Below, one piece after another: positions 1-8,443 of a DNA stretch of 32,000 bases. A program made the translations under genes and the position numbers. The stretch comes from Crocosphaera subtropica ATCC 51142. GTDB taxonomy: Bacteria; Cyanobacteriota; Cyanobacteriia; Cyanobacteriales; Microcystaceae. Within the stretch, counting starts at the first letter, position 1, and each line of letters opens with the position of its first letter. Below the pieces are notes generated by a model that was not told where the DNA came from, did not search any database, and saw nothing but the letters and a program-made list of their open reading frames with translations. The DNA lies in assembly GCF_000017845.1 (NCBI RefSeq), contig NC_010546.1, positions 3,000,001-3,032,000 of the forward strand, given 5' to 3'.

Positions 1-463
1 CTTATCTCCAGATCCCTCTAAGGATAAAAATGTTAACTTCGGTAAGTATCAAGTTCACTTAGGGGCTAACCGTGGCCGGGGTCAAATTTATCCCACAGGA
101 CAACCTAGCAATAATAACGTCTTCAAAGCCTCTAACGCTGGTACTATTAGCAAAATTACCGATCAAGAAGATGGTAGCTACATTGTCACTATTGCGACGG
201 CAGAAGGAGATGTAGACGAAACGATCCCCGCAGGCCCTCAATTGATGGTTTCTGAAGGCATGGAAGTTGAAGCAGGACAAGCTTTAACCAATAATCCTAA
301 TGTGGGTGGTTTTGGACAAAAAGACACAGAAGTGGTTCTCCAAAGTCCTGGCCGCATTAAAGGATTAATTCTCTTCTTAGCTGGTATCATGTTAGCCCAA
401 ATTCTCTTAGTGATTAAGAAGAAACAAGTGGAACGAGTACAGGCTGCTGAAATGAACTTTTAA
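1..463 (+). CDS. petA: Cytochrome f (apocytochrome f), C-terminal part; 5' end lies outside the window
   Basis: The frame is open from the window edge (codons start at position 2). The translation reads ...[27 protein letters not shown]...[22 protein letters not shown], followed by the C-terminal membrane anchor [21 protein letters not shown] and a short stromal tail. This is characteristic of cytochrome f. Confidence 0.93.
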   Translation, partial: LSPDPSKDKNVNFGKYQVHLGANRGRGQIYPTGQPSNNNVFKASNAGTISKITDQEDGSYIVTIATAEGDVDETIPAGPQLMVSEGMEVEAGQALTNNPNVGGFGQKDTEVVLQSPGRIKGLILFLAGIMLAQILLVIKKKQVERVQAAEMNF

Positions 464-502
464 TTAAGTTGGTTTAACCTTAGTGTTACTCTTCTAGTTG
501 TA

Positions 503-533
503 ACAGACAGGTTTCCCCCTGTCTGTTCTTTTT
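503..533 (+). terminator. Rho-independent terminator-like hairpin downstream of petA
   Basis: ACAGACAGG (503-511) pairs with CCTGTCTGT (518-526) as a 9-bp stem with a 6-nt loop, followed by TCTTTTT. Confidence 0.55.
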
Positions 534-545
534 ATGCTTTAATAG

Positions 546-565
546 TGATAATGATTCTTATTGTC
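546..565. promoter_or_regulatory. Fur-family (candidate Zur) 7-1-7 operator upstream of znuA
   Basis: TGATAAT-G-ATTCTTA at 546-560 matches the Fur-family 7-1-7 consensus TGATAATNATTATCA at 12 of 14 positions. It sits about 20 bp upstream of the znuA start codon. Confidence 0.35.
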
Positions 566-581
566 GTTGTAGCCTTAATCT

Positions 582-1550
582 ATGAAATCTTCTCAGAAGT
601 GGTTATCAATGCTCCTTTTGACTACAATCCTAGGGATGAATAGTATCACAGGATGTAGTTCAAGCAATCCTGTCGACTCTGGGATTAATAAGAGTGACAA
701 TCAAGAACAAAGCAACAGTCAAGATCAATTAGACATTACGGTGAGTATCATTCCCCAGAAATATTTTGTTAAGAAAATTGGGGGCGATCTCGTTAGGGTG
801 AATGTCATGGTAGAACAAGGGGTACTCCCTCATACCTATGAACCCAAACCTCAACAATTACAAGCGTTAAGTGAAGCGGAGGCTTATATTGGTATTGGGA
901 TTCCTTTTGAAACCGCATGGATGGATCGCATTAAGGAAGCAAACCCGAAAATGTTGATGGTTGACTCAACACAAGGAATTGATCGATTAACTATGATAGC
1001 CCATGATCACCATGAAGAAGAAGATCATGGTCACCATGAGGAAGAAACCACCCTTGATCCCCATGTTTGGTTATCTCCAAGATTGGTAAAAATTCAAGCA
1101 CAAAAAATTTATGAAACTTTAGTGAAACTTGATCCGAAACATCAGGAAACATATCAAACTAATCTCAATAGTTTTTTACAAGAAATTGAGGAATTAGACC
1201 ATCAAGTTAGGAATAACTTAGCTAACTTAAAACAACGTAAATTTATTGTTTTTCATCCAGCTTGGGGTTATTTTGCCGAGGAATATAACTTAACGCAAGT
1301 ACCCATTGAAGTGGGGGGACAAGAACCTAGCGCATCAGAGTTAGGAGACTTAATAAAAGAAGCTAAAAAAGAGAATATAAAAGTTATATTTGCTCAACCA
1401 GAATTAAGTAGTCAAGCTGCCAAAACCATTGCTAAAGAAATTAACGGAGAAGTCTTATTAATTAGTCCTACTGCTGCTGATTGGTCTAACAACTTACTAG
1501 AAGTTTCTCAAACCTTTGCCAAAGTGTTAAAAGAAGAAAATAATCAATAG
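582..1550 (+). CDS. znuA: Metal (zinc/manganese) ABC transporter substrate-binding lipoprotein, ZnuA/TroA family
   Basis: Has a lipoprotein signal with lipobox ITGC and the His/acidic-rich loop HDHHEEEDHGHHEEE typical of ZnuA. DPHVWLSP and FHPAWGYF motifs are also present. It is the first gene of a three-gene ABC operon. Confidence 0.85.
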   Translation: MKSSQKWLSMLLLTTILGMNSITGCSSSNPVDSGINKSDNQEQSNSQDQLDITVSIIPQKYFVKKIGGDLVRVNVMVEQGVLPHTYEPKPQQLQALSEAEAYIGIGIPFETAWMDRIKEANPKMLMVDSTQGIDRLTMIAHDHHEEEDHGHHEEETTLDPHVWLSPRLVKIQAQKIYETLVKLDPKHQETYQTNLNSFLQEIEELDHQVRNNLANLKQRKFIVFHPAWGYFAEEYNLTQVPIEVGGQEPSASELGDLIKEAKKENIKVIFAQPELSSQAAKTIAKEINGEVLLISPTAADWSNNLLEVSQTFAKVLKEENNQ

Positions 1551-1559
1551 TATAAATTT

Positions 1560-2339
1560 ATGAAAACTGAAGTCATTAATCTTAGTCATGTTTGGGCAAA
1601 ATATAATCATAGAAATCCTATTTTAGAAGACATTAACTTGACTATTTATGAAGGGGATTTTGTCGGATTAATTGGTCCCAATGGAGGAGGTAAAACAACT
1701 TTATTTAAAGTGTTATTAGGACTGATAAAACCCTATCAAGGAACTGTAAAAATTTTAGGTAATACTGTTAGTAAAGGAAGACGTTATATCGGTTATGTTC
1801 CTCAATTGGTAGAATTAGATCGAGAGTTCCCTGTGCGTGTCGCTGATGTTGTACGGATGGGAAGACTCGGAAAACGGCGATTATTGCAGCGTTATACCCC
1901 TCAAGATGAAATTATCGTCAATCGTACCTTAGAACAGGTAGGAATGATAGAATTACGCAATCGCCCTATTGCTGAATTATCCGGTGGCCAACGTCAACGA
2001 GTCTATATTGCGCGAGCATTGGCATCAGAACCCCGTATACTATTATTAGACGAACCAACGGCTAGTGTTGATCCCCAACGACAAACCAGCATTTACGAGT
2101 TATTGAAAGAATTAAATCAATTGATTACTATTGTTATGATTTCTCATGATATTGGGGCAATTTCAGCTTATGTCAAAACCGTAGGATGTCTTAACCATCG
2201 CCTCTTTTTTCATGGTGATCCTCCTCTGAGTACCGAAACAATAGAACAAACTTATCAATGTCCTGTGGATTTGATCGCACATGGGGTTCCTCATCGGGTC
2301 CTTTCTAACCATGATTGTCCCTTACATTATCATGAATAA
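1560..2339 (+). CDS. znuC: Metal ABC transporter ATP-binding protein
   Basis: Walker A GPNGGGKTT, ABC signature LSGGQRQR and Walker B LLLLDEP are present. The gene starts 9 bp after znuA. Confidence 0.85.
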   Translation: MKTEVINLSHVWAKYNHRNPILEDINLTIYEGDFVGLIGPNGGGKTTLFKVLLGLIKPYQGTVKILGNTVSKGRRYIGYVPQLVELDREFPVRVADVVRMGRLGKRRLLQRYTPQDEIIVNRTLEQVGMIELRNRPIAELSGGQRQRVYIARALASEPRILLLDEPTASVDPQRQTSIYELLKELNQLITIVMISHDIGAISAYVKTVGCLNHRLFFHGDPPLSTETIEQTYQCPVDLIAHGVPHRVLSNHDCPLHYHE

Positions 2340-2386
2340 TTGATATGTTATAGGAGGTAATATAAAAATGAATTTGAGTATTATTA

Positions 2387-3202
2387 ATGTTAGAAACACT
2401 TTGGGAATCATTACAATTTGATTTCATGAGAAATGCTCTTTTTGCAGGGATATTAGTTAGTATTGCTTGTGGAATTATTGGCACGTTTGTTGTCATTAAT
2501 CGCATTGTTTTTATTAGTGGAGGTATTGCTCACGCTGCGTATGGTGGTATTGGCTTAGGATATTTTTTTAAGATTAATCCTATTTTTGGAGCAATTTTTT
2601 TTGCTTTACTTTCTGCTTTAGGTATGGGTTTAGTAGTGAGAAAAACAGAACAAAGGGCTGACAGTTTGATAGGGGTAATGTGGGCTGTAGGGATGGCGAT
2701 CGGTATTATTTTAATTGATTTAACGCCAGGATATAAAGCGGATTTAATGAGTTATTTATTTGGGAGTATTTTAACCGTTTCTCAAGAAAATTTAATGATC
2801 ATGTTGGTTTTAGATGTCATTATTGTGTTGGTTGTTAGTTTATTTTATAAAGAATTTTTAGCCATTTCTTTTGACCCCACCTTTGCTATGACTCGTAATG
2901 TTCCTGTGGATAGTTTATATTTATTATTAGTCGGTGCGATCGCTTTAACGGTGGTGATGGTAATGCAGGTTGTGGGGTTAATATTAGTGATTGCATTGTT
3001 GACTATTCCGGCTGCGATCGCTGGTCAATTTTTGAAAGACATAAAATATATTATGTTAGTTTCTATTGTATTGGGGATGTTATTTACAACGGTAGGATTA
3101 ATGATATCTTATTTCTTTAACGTAACATCTGGGGCGACTATTATTTTAGTTTCTGGGACTGCTTATTTAATTAGTTTAGGGGTAAAAACCTTACAAATTT
3201 AG
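2387..3202 (+). CDS. znuB: Metal ABC transporter permease (ABC-3 family)
   Basis: The 271-aa polytopic membrane protein shows the ZnuB/MntB-like pattern (FMRNALFAGILVSIACGIIGTFVVINR...). It is the last gene of the operon. Confidence 0.85.
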   Translation: MLETLWESLQFDFMRNALFAGILVSIACGIIGTFVVINRIVFISGGIAHAAYGGIGLGYFFKINPIFGAIFFALLSALGMGLVVRKTEQRADSLIGVMWAVGMAIGIILIDLTPGYKADLMSYLFGSILTVSQENLMIMLVLDVIIVLVVSLFYKEFLAISFDPTFAMTRNVPVDSLYLLLVGAIALTVVMVMQVVGLILVIALLTIPAAIAGQFLKDIKYIMLVSIVLGMLFTTVGLMISYFFNVTSGATIILVSGTAYLISLGVKTLQI

Positions 3203-3228
3203 TTTTATTTACCTTGTGCTATAGTTCA

Positions 3229-3396
3229 CCAGAAGGTATAAAACAAGGAAGACAAGAAGGTAAATTAGCTGCTAAAATTGCCTCTATTCCTCGGTTAGTC
3301 ACATTAGAATTAAGTGTAGAACAAATTGCTCAAGCATTATAGTTAGAGATTGAACAAGTTAGAAACATTGTTAAACTAATTAATAAGCAATCTTGA
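3229..3396 (+). pseudogene. Remnant of a DUF4351-type C-terminal domain (Rpn-like putative nuclease/transposase family) with an in-frame stop
   Basis: The translation is PEGIKQGRQEGKLAAKIASIPRLVTLELSVEQIAQAL*LEIEQVRNIVKLINKQS*. About 130 bp (3243-3372) is a close DNA paralogue of 3635-3763. There is no start codon and an internal TAG. Confidence 0.6.
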
Positions 3397-3462
3397 AGAG
3401 ATCCGCACTTACTTCGTTTCTCTCCTAGTCCGCAGTGCGCCTATTATAATTGACAAAATACT

Positions 3463-3778
3463 GTGAAAACTGACAGCATTTTTTATCAACTGTTTCAAAC
3501 GTTTTTACAAATTGCCATTAATTAGTCGTCAGGAGATAGAAAAAATGTTTAGTTTAAGTGATCTTAGAGAAACCAAAGTGTATCAAGAAGCATTAGAAGA
3601 AGGAATAGAAAAAGGGATAGAACAGGGAATAGAACAAGGAAGACAAGAGGGAGAGTTAGCGGCTAAAATTGCCTCTATTCCTCGCTTAGTCGCATTAGGT
3701 TTAACTATAGAACAAATTGCTCAAGCATTAGAATTAGACATTGAACAAGTTAGTAACATTGTCGAATCTAATAAATAA
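3463..3778 (+). pseudogene. Internally deleted DUF2887/DUF4351 (Rpn-like) gene; the 3' part remains as an 88-aa ORF (3512-3778)
   Basis: GTG at 3463 opens VKTDSIFYQLFQTFLQIAIN*. KTDSIFYQLFQTF is the N-terminal signature of cyanobacterial DUF2887 proteins. This ORF stops at 3523-3525. A different frame continues as ...LISRQEIEKMFSLSDLRETKVYQEALEEGIEKGIEQG...IPRLVALGLTIEQIAQALELDIEQV, the usual C-terminus (DUF4351). The roughly 170-codon nuclease core between them is missing. Confidence 0.55.
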
Positions 3779-3826
3779 GTGAATGCCGATTTCTTGAATA
3801 GTTAACAATTAATATTATTCTAATTC

Positions 3827-3847
3827 CGAACTCCGAACCCTGAACTC
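3827..3847. repeat. Tandem heptamer repeat (CGAACTC CGAACCC TGAACTC)
   Basis: Three consecutive 7-nt units are read directly. They are related to the CGAACTCAGGTT motif found at three other intergenic sites. Confidence 0.5.
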
Positions 3848-3937
3848 CCGTTAATAAACATTCGTTACAAATGCTATAACACCGGCCACCCCCAATGATA
3901 CGCTAAACAATGCACGCTTATTACTGGGGAAGCCATA

Positions 3938-5002
3938 ATGACAGGAGCTAACGATACACCCTATCTCCTTCGTGCTGCACGAGGAGAAATCTTAGATCGT
4001 CCACCAGTTTGGATGATGCGACAAGCTGGACGCTACATGAAAGTATATCGGGATTTACGGGATAAATACCCCAGTTTTCGTGAAAGATCCGAAAATCCTG
4101 ACCTTGCCATCGAAATTTCTCTGCAACCTTGGCGAGCATTTCAACCGGATGGGGTCATTATGTTCTCTGATATTTTAACCCCGTTACCTGGGATGGGTAT
4201 ACCTTTCGATATTGTCGAAAGCAAAGGGCCCGTTATTGATCCACCCATTCGCACTAAAGAACAAGTGGATAACTTACGTCCTTTAGATCCAGAAGAATCC
4301 TTACCCTTTATCAAAACTATTTTACAAAGTTTACGGCAAGAAGTGGGTAATCAATCTACTGTGTTAGGATTTGTCGGATCACCCTGGACTTTGGCCGCTT
4401 ATGCTATTGAAGGAAAAAGTTCTAAGAATTATGCCATCATCAAGAGTATGGCGTTTTCTCAACCTGAGATCCTCCATAGTTTCTTGAGCAAAATAGCCGA
4501 TGCGATCGCTATTTATGTTAGATATCAGATCGACTGTGGGGCGCAAGTAGTACAGTTGTTTGACTCCTGGGCCGGTCAACTGAGTCCCCAAGACTATGAA
4601 ACTTTTGCTCTACCTTATCAACAACAGGTGGTGCGTCAGGTGAAAGAAACTCATCCCGATACCCCGTTAATTCTTTATATTAGCGGTAGTGCTGGTGTTT
4701 TAGAGAGAATGGGACAGTCTGGGGTCGATATTGTTAGCGTTGACTGGACTGTGGATATGGCCGAAGCCAGACAGCGTTTAGGTAGAGACATGAAGGTACA
4801 GGGGAATATTGATCCAGGTGTTTTATTTGGGTCCCAAGACTTCATTAAAGCGCGTATTCTTGACACAGTACGCAAAGCTGGAAGAGGTGGCCATATATTA
4901 AACTTAGGTCACGGTGTTTTAGTGGGAACTCCTGAAGATAATGTTCGTTGCTTCTTTGAAACTGCGAAGCAGGTGGATCAATTATTAGCTGTTCCTGTAT
5001 AA
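3938..5002 (+). CDS. hemE: Uroporphyrinogen decarboxylase
   Basis: The 354-aa protein has the signature [13 protein letters not shown] near the N-terminus and a SPWTLAAY motif. Length and layout are those of HemE. Confidence 0.95.
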   Translation: MTGANDTPYLLRAARGEILDRPPVWMMRQAGRYMKVYRDLRDKYPSFRERSENPDLAIEISLQPWRAFQPDGVIMFSDILTPLPGMGIPFDIVESKGPVIDPPIRTKEQVDNLRPLDPEESLPFIKTILQSLRQEVGNQSTVLGFVGSPWTLAAYAIEGKSSKNYAIIKSMAFSQPEILHSFLSKIADAIAIYVRYQIDCGAQVVQLFDSWAGQLSPQDYETFALPYQQQVVRQVKETHPDTPLILYISGSAGVLERMGQSGVDIVSVDWTVDMAEARQRLGRDMKVQGNIDPGVLFGSQDFIKARILDTVRKAGRGGHILNLGHGVLVGTPEDNVRCFFETAKQVDQLLAVPV

Positions 5003-5008
5003 CTTTTA

Positions 5009-5030
5009 GGGGTCAACGGCTGTTGACCCC
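5009..5030 (+). terminator. GC-rich stem-loop directly after hemE (no U-tract)
   Basis: GGGGTCAAC (5009-5017) pairs with GTTGACCCC (5022-5030) across a 4-nt loop. No T-run follows, so terminator function is uncertain. Confidence 0.35.
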
Positions 5031-5231
5031 CACTGGTGTCTATTTAAACTGTCTATTCATTGTTATTAAGCAATTAGTTTTTTTAAGATCCATACATTAT
5101 TAATGACAAAAATAGCAAGCTTTTTAACATAAATTGACAATGTGTTGTAACTCTTAATAAAAAGAGGGGTTACGAATGGCATCCAGGCTGGTAGACTGTG
5201 ATCCAAGCCTCGTAAATGACTGCTAAAAAAC

Positions 5232-5247
5232 GTAACAATTTTGTTAC
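5232..5247. promoter_or_regulatory. 7-2-7 palindrome GTAACAA-TT-TTGTTAC upstream of acsF (candidate operator or 5'-UTR hairpin)
   Basis: The 7-bp arms are perfect. The site is 55 bp upstream of the ATG at 5302. Confidence 0.25.
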
Positions 5248-5301
5248 CGAAAAAGTAGAACGAGTCCTTGATTGATTCAAAAAAATCCCTTTAAACAAGC
5301 T

Positions 5302-6378
5302 ATGGTCAATACCCTTCAAAAACCTGAATTTGAGGAACTCCGTCCAGGAATTAAAGTTCCGGCCAAAGAAACTATCCTAACCCCTCGCTTTTACACCACC
5401 GATTTTGAAGCGATGGCAAAAATGGATATTTCAGTCAACGAAGAGGAATTACAAGCTATTCTCGAAGAGTTTCGCACTGATTATAACCGTCATCATTTTA
5501 TCCGTCGTGAAGAATTTGCCCAAACCTGGGATCATATTGATGGGGATACCCGTCGCTTGTTTGTAGAATTTTTAGAACGTTCTTGTACGGCGGAATTTTC
5601 AGGGTTCCTTCTCTACAAGGAATTAGGAAGACGGTTAAAGGATAAAAGTCCTGTTTTGGCGGAATGTTTTACCCTCATGTCCCGTGATGAAGCCCGTCAC
5701 GCCGGTTTCCTCAATAAAGCCTTATCTGATTTTAATATGTCTTTGGACTTAGGGTTTTTAACCAAGAGTCGGAGTTATACCTTCTTCCAACCTAAGTTTA
5801 TTTTCTATGCCACCTATTTATCTGAAAAAATTGGTTATTGGCGTTATATCACTATTTATCGTCACCTAGAACAACATCCCGAAGACAGAATCTATCCGAT
5901 TTTCAACTTCTTTGAAAACTGGTGTCAAGATGAAAACCGTCATGGGGACTTTTTTGATGCCATCATGAAAGCAACTCCTGACATTTTAAACGATTGGAAA
6001 GCCCGTTTGTGGTGTCGCTTCTTCCTGTTGTCTGTGTTTGCAACCATGTATCTCAATGATATTCAACGGTCTGATTTTTATGCGTCTATTGGACTTGATG
6101 CACGGGACTATGATAAATATGTCATTGAGAAGACCAACGAAACAGCCGGCCGAGTGTTCCCCATCGTTTTAGATGTAGATAATCCTGAGTTTTACGACAG
6201 TTTAGAAGTTTGCGTCAAGAACAACGAAAAGTTACGAGAAATTGACGCTTCTAATAGTCCGACTCCTGTGAAGTTCTTGAGAAAATTACCTGCTTTTATT
6301 TCTAATGGAGTTCAGTTCTTAAAACTTTATTTCATGAAACCCATTCGGGTTGATCATTTAGAAGGAACTGTCCGTTAA
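5302..6378 (+). CDS. acsF: Mg-protoporphyrin IX monomethyl ester (oxidative) cyclase, diiron AcsF/ChlA type
   Basis: Diiron carboxylate motifs [10 protein letters not shown]...DEARHAGF and [14 protein letters not shown] are present. The N-terminus [35 protein letters not shown] is typical. The ORF track starts at a TTG (5272), but the ATG at 5302 is the more likely start. Confidence 0.93.
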   Translation: MVNTLQKPEFEELRPGIKVPAKETILTPRFYTTDFEAMAKMDISVNEEELQAILEEFRTDYNRHHFIRREEFAQTWDHIDGDTRRLFVEFLERSCTAEFSGFLLYKELGRRLKDKSPVLAECFTLMSRDEARHAGFLNKALSDFNMSLDLGFLTKSRSYTFFQPKFIFYATYLSEKIGYWRYITIYRHLEQHPEDRIYPIFNFFENWCQDENRHGDFFDAIMKATPDILNDWKARLWCRFFLLSVFATMYLNDIQRSDFYASIGLDARDYDKYVIEKTNETAGRVFPIVLDVDNPEFYDSLEVCVKNNEKLREIDASNSPTPVKFLRKLPAFISNGVQFLKLYFMKPIRVDHLEGTVR

Positions 6379-6406
6379 AAGTTTTGAGTTAGTTTACGTT
6401 TTGAGT

Positions 6407-6430
6407 ACCCGCTATAGCGGGTTTTTTGTT
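6407..6430 (+). terminator. Rho-independent terminator after acsF
   Basis: ACCCGC-TATA-GCGGGT hairpin (6407-6422) is followed by TTTTTGTTTT. Confidence 0.7.
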
Positions 6431-6874
6431 TTAATCGGGTTGACAATAAGCATTCATTTCTGTACCTAAATCTTGTTCTTTTTTACCCAATTGTTGAACC
6501 TGTTGCTGCATTAATTTAGCGGTATCAATATCTTTATCCTTCAATGCAGCAACGAATTGACGGGTTGTATCGGCATTTCCTTGATAAATATCAGCGAACC
6601 CCATTTGATATTCTTGTAATTGTTCATCTTCTATTTTTAATTGTTTCATTTGTTGGGATGTTTCTTCAAATAAATCGGCTACTTGTAAGACTTTTTTAAT
6701 ATCAGTTGTTTGACGATAACTTTCACTTTCTTCTGCCATTTTCTGAGTTAAAAGGATGATTTTTTGACATTGAGAGACTTTAGTTTCAGCGCAACTTATT
6801 AACAATAAGTTTATCAAAATTGTGAATAGAGATAGGGTTGAAGACAGGCACTTACTATTTGAAAGTTTTATCAT
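6431..6874 (-). CDS. Hypothetical helical lipoprotein (147 aa)
   Basis: Has an N-terminal hydrophobic signal with the lipobox-like LLISC. The rest is Q/E/K-rich and predicted helical. I recognise no family. Confidence 0.5.
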   Translation of the reverse strand: MIKLSNSKCLSSTLSLFTILINLLLISCAETKVSQCQKIILLTQKMAEESESYRQTTDIKKVLQVADLFEETSQQMKQLKIEDEQLQEYQMGFADIYQGNADTTRQFVAALKDKDIDTAKLMQQQVQQLGKKEQDLGTEMNAYCQPD

Positions 6875-6921
6875 CGAATGTTCCTCACGTTTAAAAGAGT
6901 TCTTTGATTAGAAAAATTATG

Positions 6922-7206
6922 CTATTCTTCCTGGTTTGTTAAACTATGTACTAAAGTATGAATTAAATAAGTTAACTGGGTGAGTTGTTCTCTAGACTCG
7001 GTTTGTGCATCGACTAGGGTTTGAATAGACTCACTTAAAGCAAAAATCTGATAACCTTGTTGTTGAATTTGTTGTTCTTGTTGTTGAATTTGTTCAACTA
7101 GATTTTCCATTTTCTCCGCTAAACTTTCTACGGTTTCAGTGGTAGCAATAACCGTCTCTCCCATACGTTCTAAAATCGTTTCTATTTTTTGAGTATTTTG
7201 AACCAT
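6922..7206 (-). CDS. Hypothetical coiled-coil protein (94 aa)
   Basis: The ORF has heptad-like Q/E-rich sequence (EQIQQQEQQIQQQ). It is on the same strand as, and downstream of, galE. I recognise no family. Confidence 0.45.
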   Translation of the reverse strand: MVQNTQKIETILERMGETVIATTETVESLAEKMENLVEQIQQQEQQIQQQGYQIFALSESIQTLVDAQTESREQLTQLTYLIHTLVHSLTNQEE

Positions 7207-7257
7207 TTTTATATTTTATATTGATTATCTAAATTTTTAGGAATTGAAATAGAAAAT

Positions 7258-8268
7258 TTAAGCATTACCGTGACGTTTTTGATGCCATTGCCAAGCATGA
7301 TTAACAATGGTTTGAAGATCAGAATATTGAGGTTGCCAACCTAAAACTGATTGTGCTTTTTGACTACTTCCCACTAATATTGGGACATCTCCGGGACGGC
7401 GATCGCTTTCTTTCACTAGAAAATCTATTCCTGTTACTTTTTTAGCCATATCAATCACCTCTTTAACTGAAAATCCATTACCGTTCCCTAAATTAAACAT
7501 TTCACTTTCACCCCCATTTAAAAGATATTCTAATCCTAAAATATGAGCAGATGCTAAATCATTGACATGAATATAATCTCTAATAGCTGTGCCATCATGA
7601 GTATCATAATCTGTGCCAAAAATAAAGAGATGATCTCGTTTTTTTAGTGCAGTTAATAAAGCTAGGGGAATCAAATGCGTTTCGGGGGTGTGATCTTCTC
7701 CTAAATTCCCAGAAGGATCAGCCCCTGACGCATTAAAATAGCGGAAGATAACGGATTTTAATCCATAAGCTTGATCAAAATCTTTGAGAATTTTTTCTAC
7801 CATATACTTACTAGAAGCATAGGGACTTAATGGGTGATTGGGATGCTGTTCTGTCATGGGAATTTCTTGAGGCATTCCATAAATCGCACAGGTAGAAGAA
7901 AAGACAAACTTGTTAATATTAGCAGCCATCATCGCTTCTAATAAGGTTAAGGTTCCTACTACATTATTTTGATAATAAATGGCAGGAGCTTGAACCGATT
8001 CTCCTACAGCAATAAAAGCAGCAAAGTGCATAACAGCAGCAATATTTCTTGTAGAAAATAGCTCATCTAACAGAGTACGATTCTGAGTATCACCCACAAT
8101 CAATTCAACTTGTAAAACATCTTTAATAATCTCAGGATGGCCATAGGAAAGATTATCAAAGACAATGACATGATAGCCAGCTTTTTGTAAGGATAGAACA
8201 GCATGAGAACCGATATATCCGGCCCCTCCTGTGACTAAAATAGTGGGTTTGGTGTCTGACACAAGCAC
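7258..8268 (-). CDS. galE: UDP-glucose 4-epimerase
   Basis: Rossmann motif GGAGYIGSH, catalytic YASSK (YxxxK) and 336 aa are typical of the GalE short-chain dehydrogenase layout. Confidence 0.9.
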   Translation of the reverse strand: MLVSDTKPTILVTGGAGYIGSHAVLSLQKAGYHVIVFDNLSYGHPEIIKDVLQVELIVGDTQNRTLLDELFSTRNIAAVMHFAAFIAVGESVQAPAIYYQNNVVGTLTLLEAMMAANINKFVFSSTCAIYGMPQEIPMTEQHPNHPLSPYASSKYMVEKILKDFDQAYGLKSVIFRYFNASGADPSGNLGEDHTPETHLIPLALLTALKKRDHLFIFGTDYDTHDGTAIRDYIHVNDLASAHILGLEYLLNGGESEMFNLGNGNGFSVKEVIDMAKKVTGIDFLVKESDRRPGDVPILVGSSQKAQSVLGWQPQYSDLQTIVNHAWQWHQKRHGNA

Positions 8269-8443
8269 TCCTCAGCATAAGTCAAGAACGATCCTCTTAG
8301 CGATCGCACTTCGTGGGTTTTACTTACTTAGGATAGGGCATTTTTACCCTTAAGAAAAGCCAAAATCAAGGATCATTTTGGTCTATTCCCTCTATACTGA
8401 AAAATCTATTCATGTCTTCTATAATACTTATTATTACTTAACC

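Noticed and set aside
59-280. A 73-aa minus-strand ORF at the window start
   Set aside because: It lies entirely antisense within the clearly coding petA frame and has no recognisable motifs. This is a typical shadow ORF.
3948-4875. Minus-strand ORFs 3948-4139, 4379-4591 and 4675-4875
   Set aside because: All are antisense inside hemE, whose identity is unambiguous. I treat them as shadow ORFs.
5232-5247. Reading the acsF-upstream palindrome as an NtcA site
   Set aside because: The NtcA consensus is GTA-N8-TAC. This site is GTA-N10-TAC, so I kept it only as a generic palindrome.
5272-5301. TTG start for acsF given in the ORF track
   Set aside because: AcsF N-termini normally begin near MV..L.KPEFEE. 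The in-frame ATG at 5302 fits this better.
8315-8360. Possible Pho boxes (CTTACTTA, CCTTAAGA) upstream of ppk2
   Set aside because: The two half-matches are about 26 nt apart rather than in the 11-nt phased repeats expected for PhoB/SphR boxes. This is too weak to report.
8378-8443. 22-codon N-terminal extension of the PPK2 ORF (MVYSLYTEKSIHVFYNTYYYLT)
   Set aside because: The extension is AT-rich, Y-rich sequence that looks like promoter or leader DNA. The PPK2 homology begins at the ATG at 8444.
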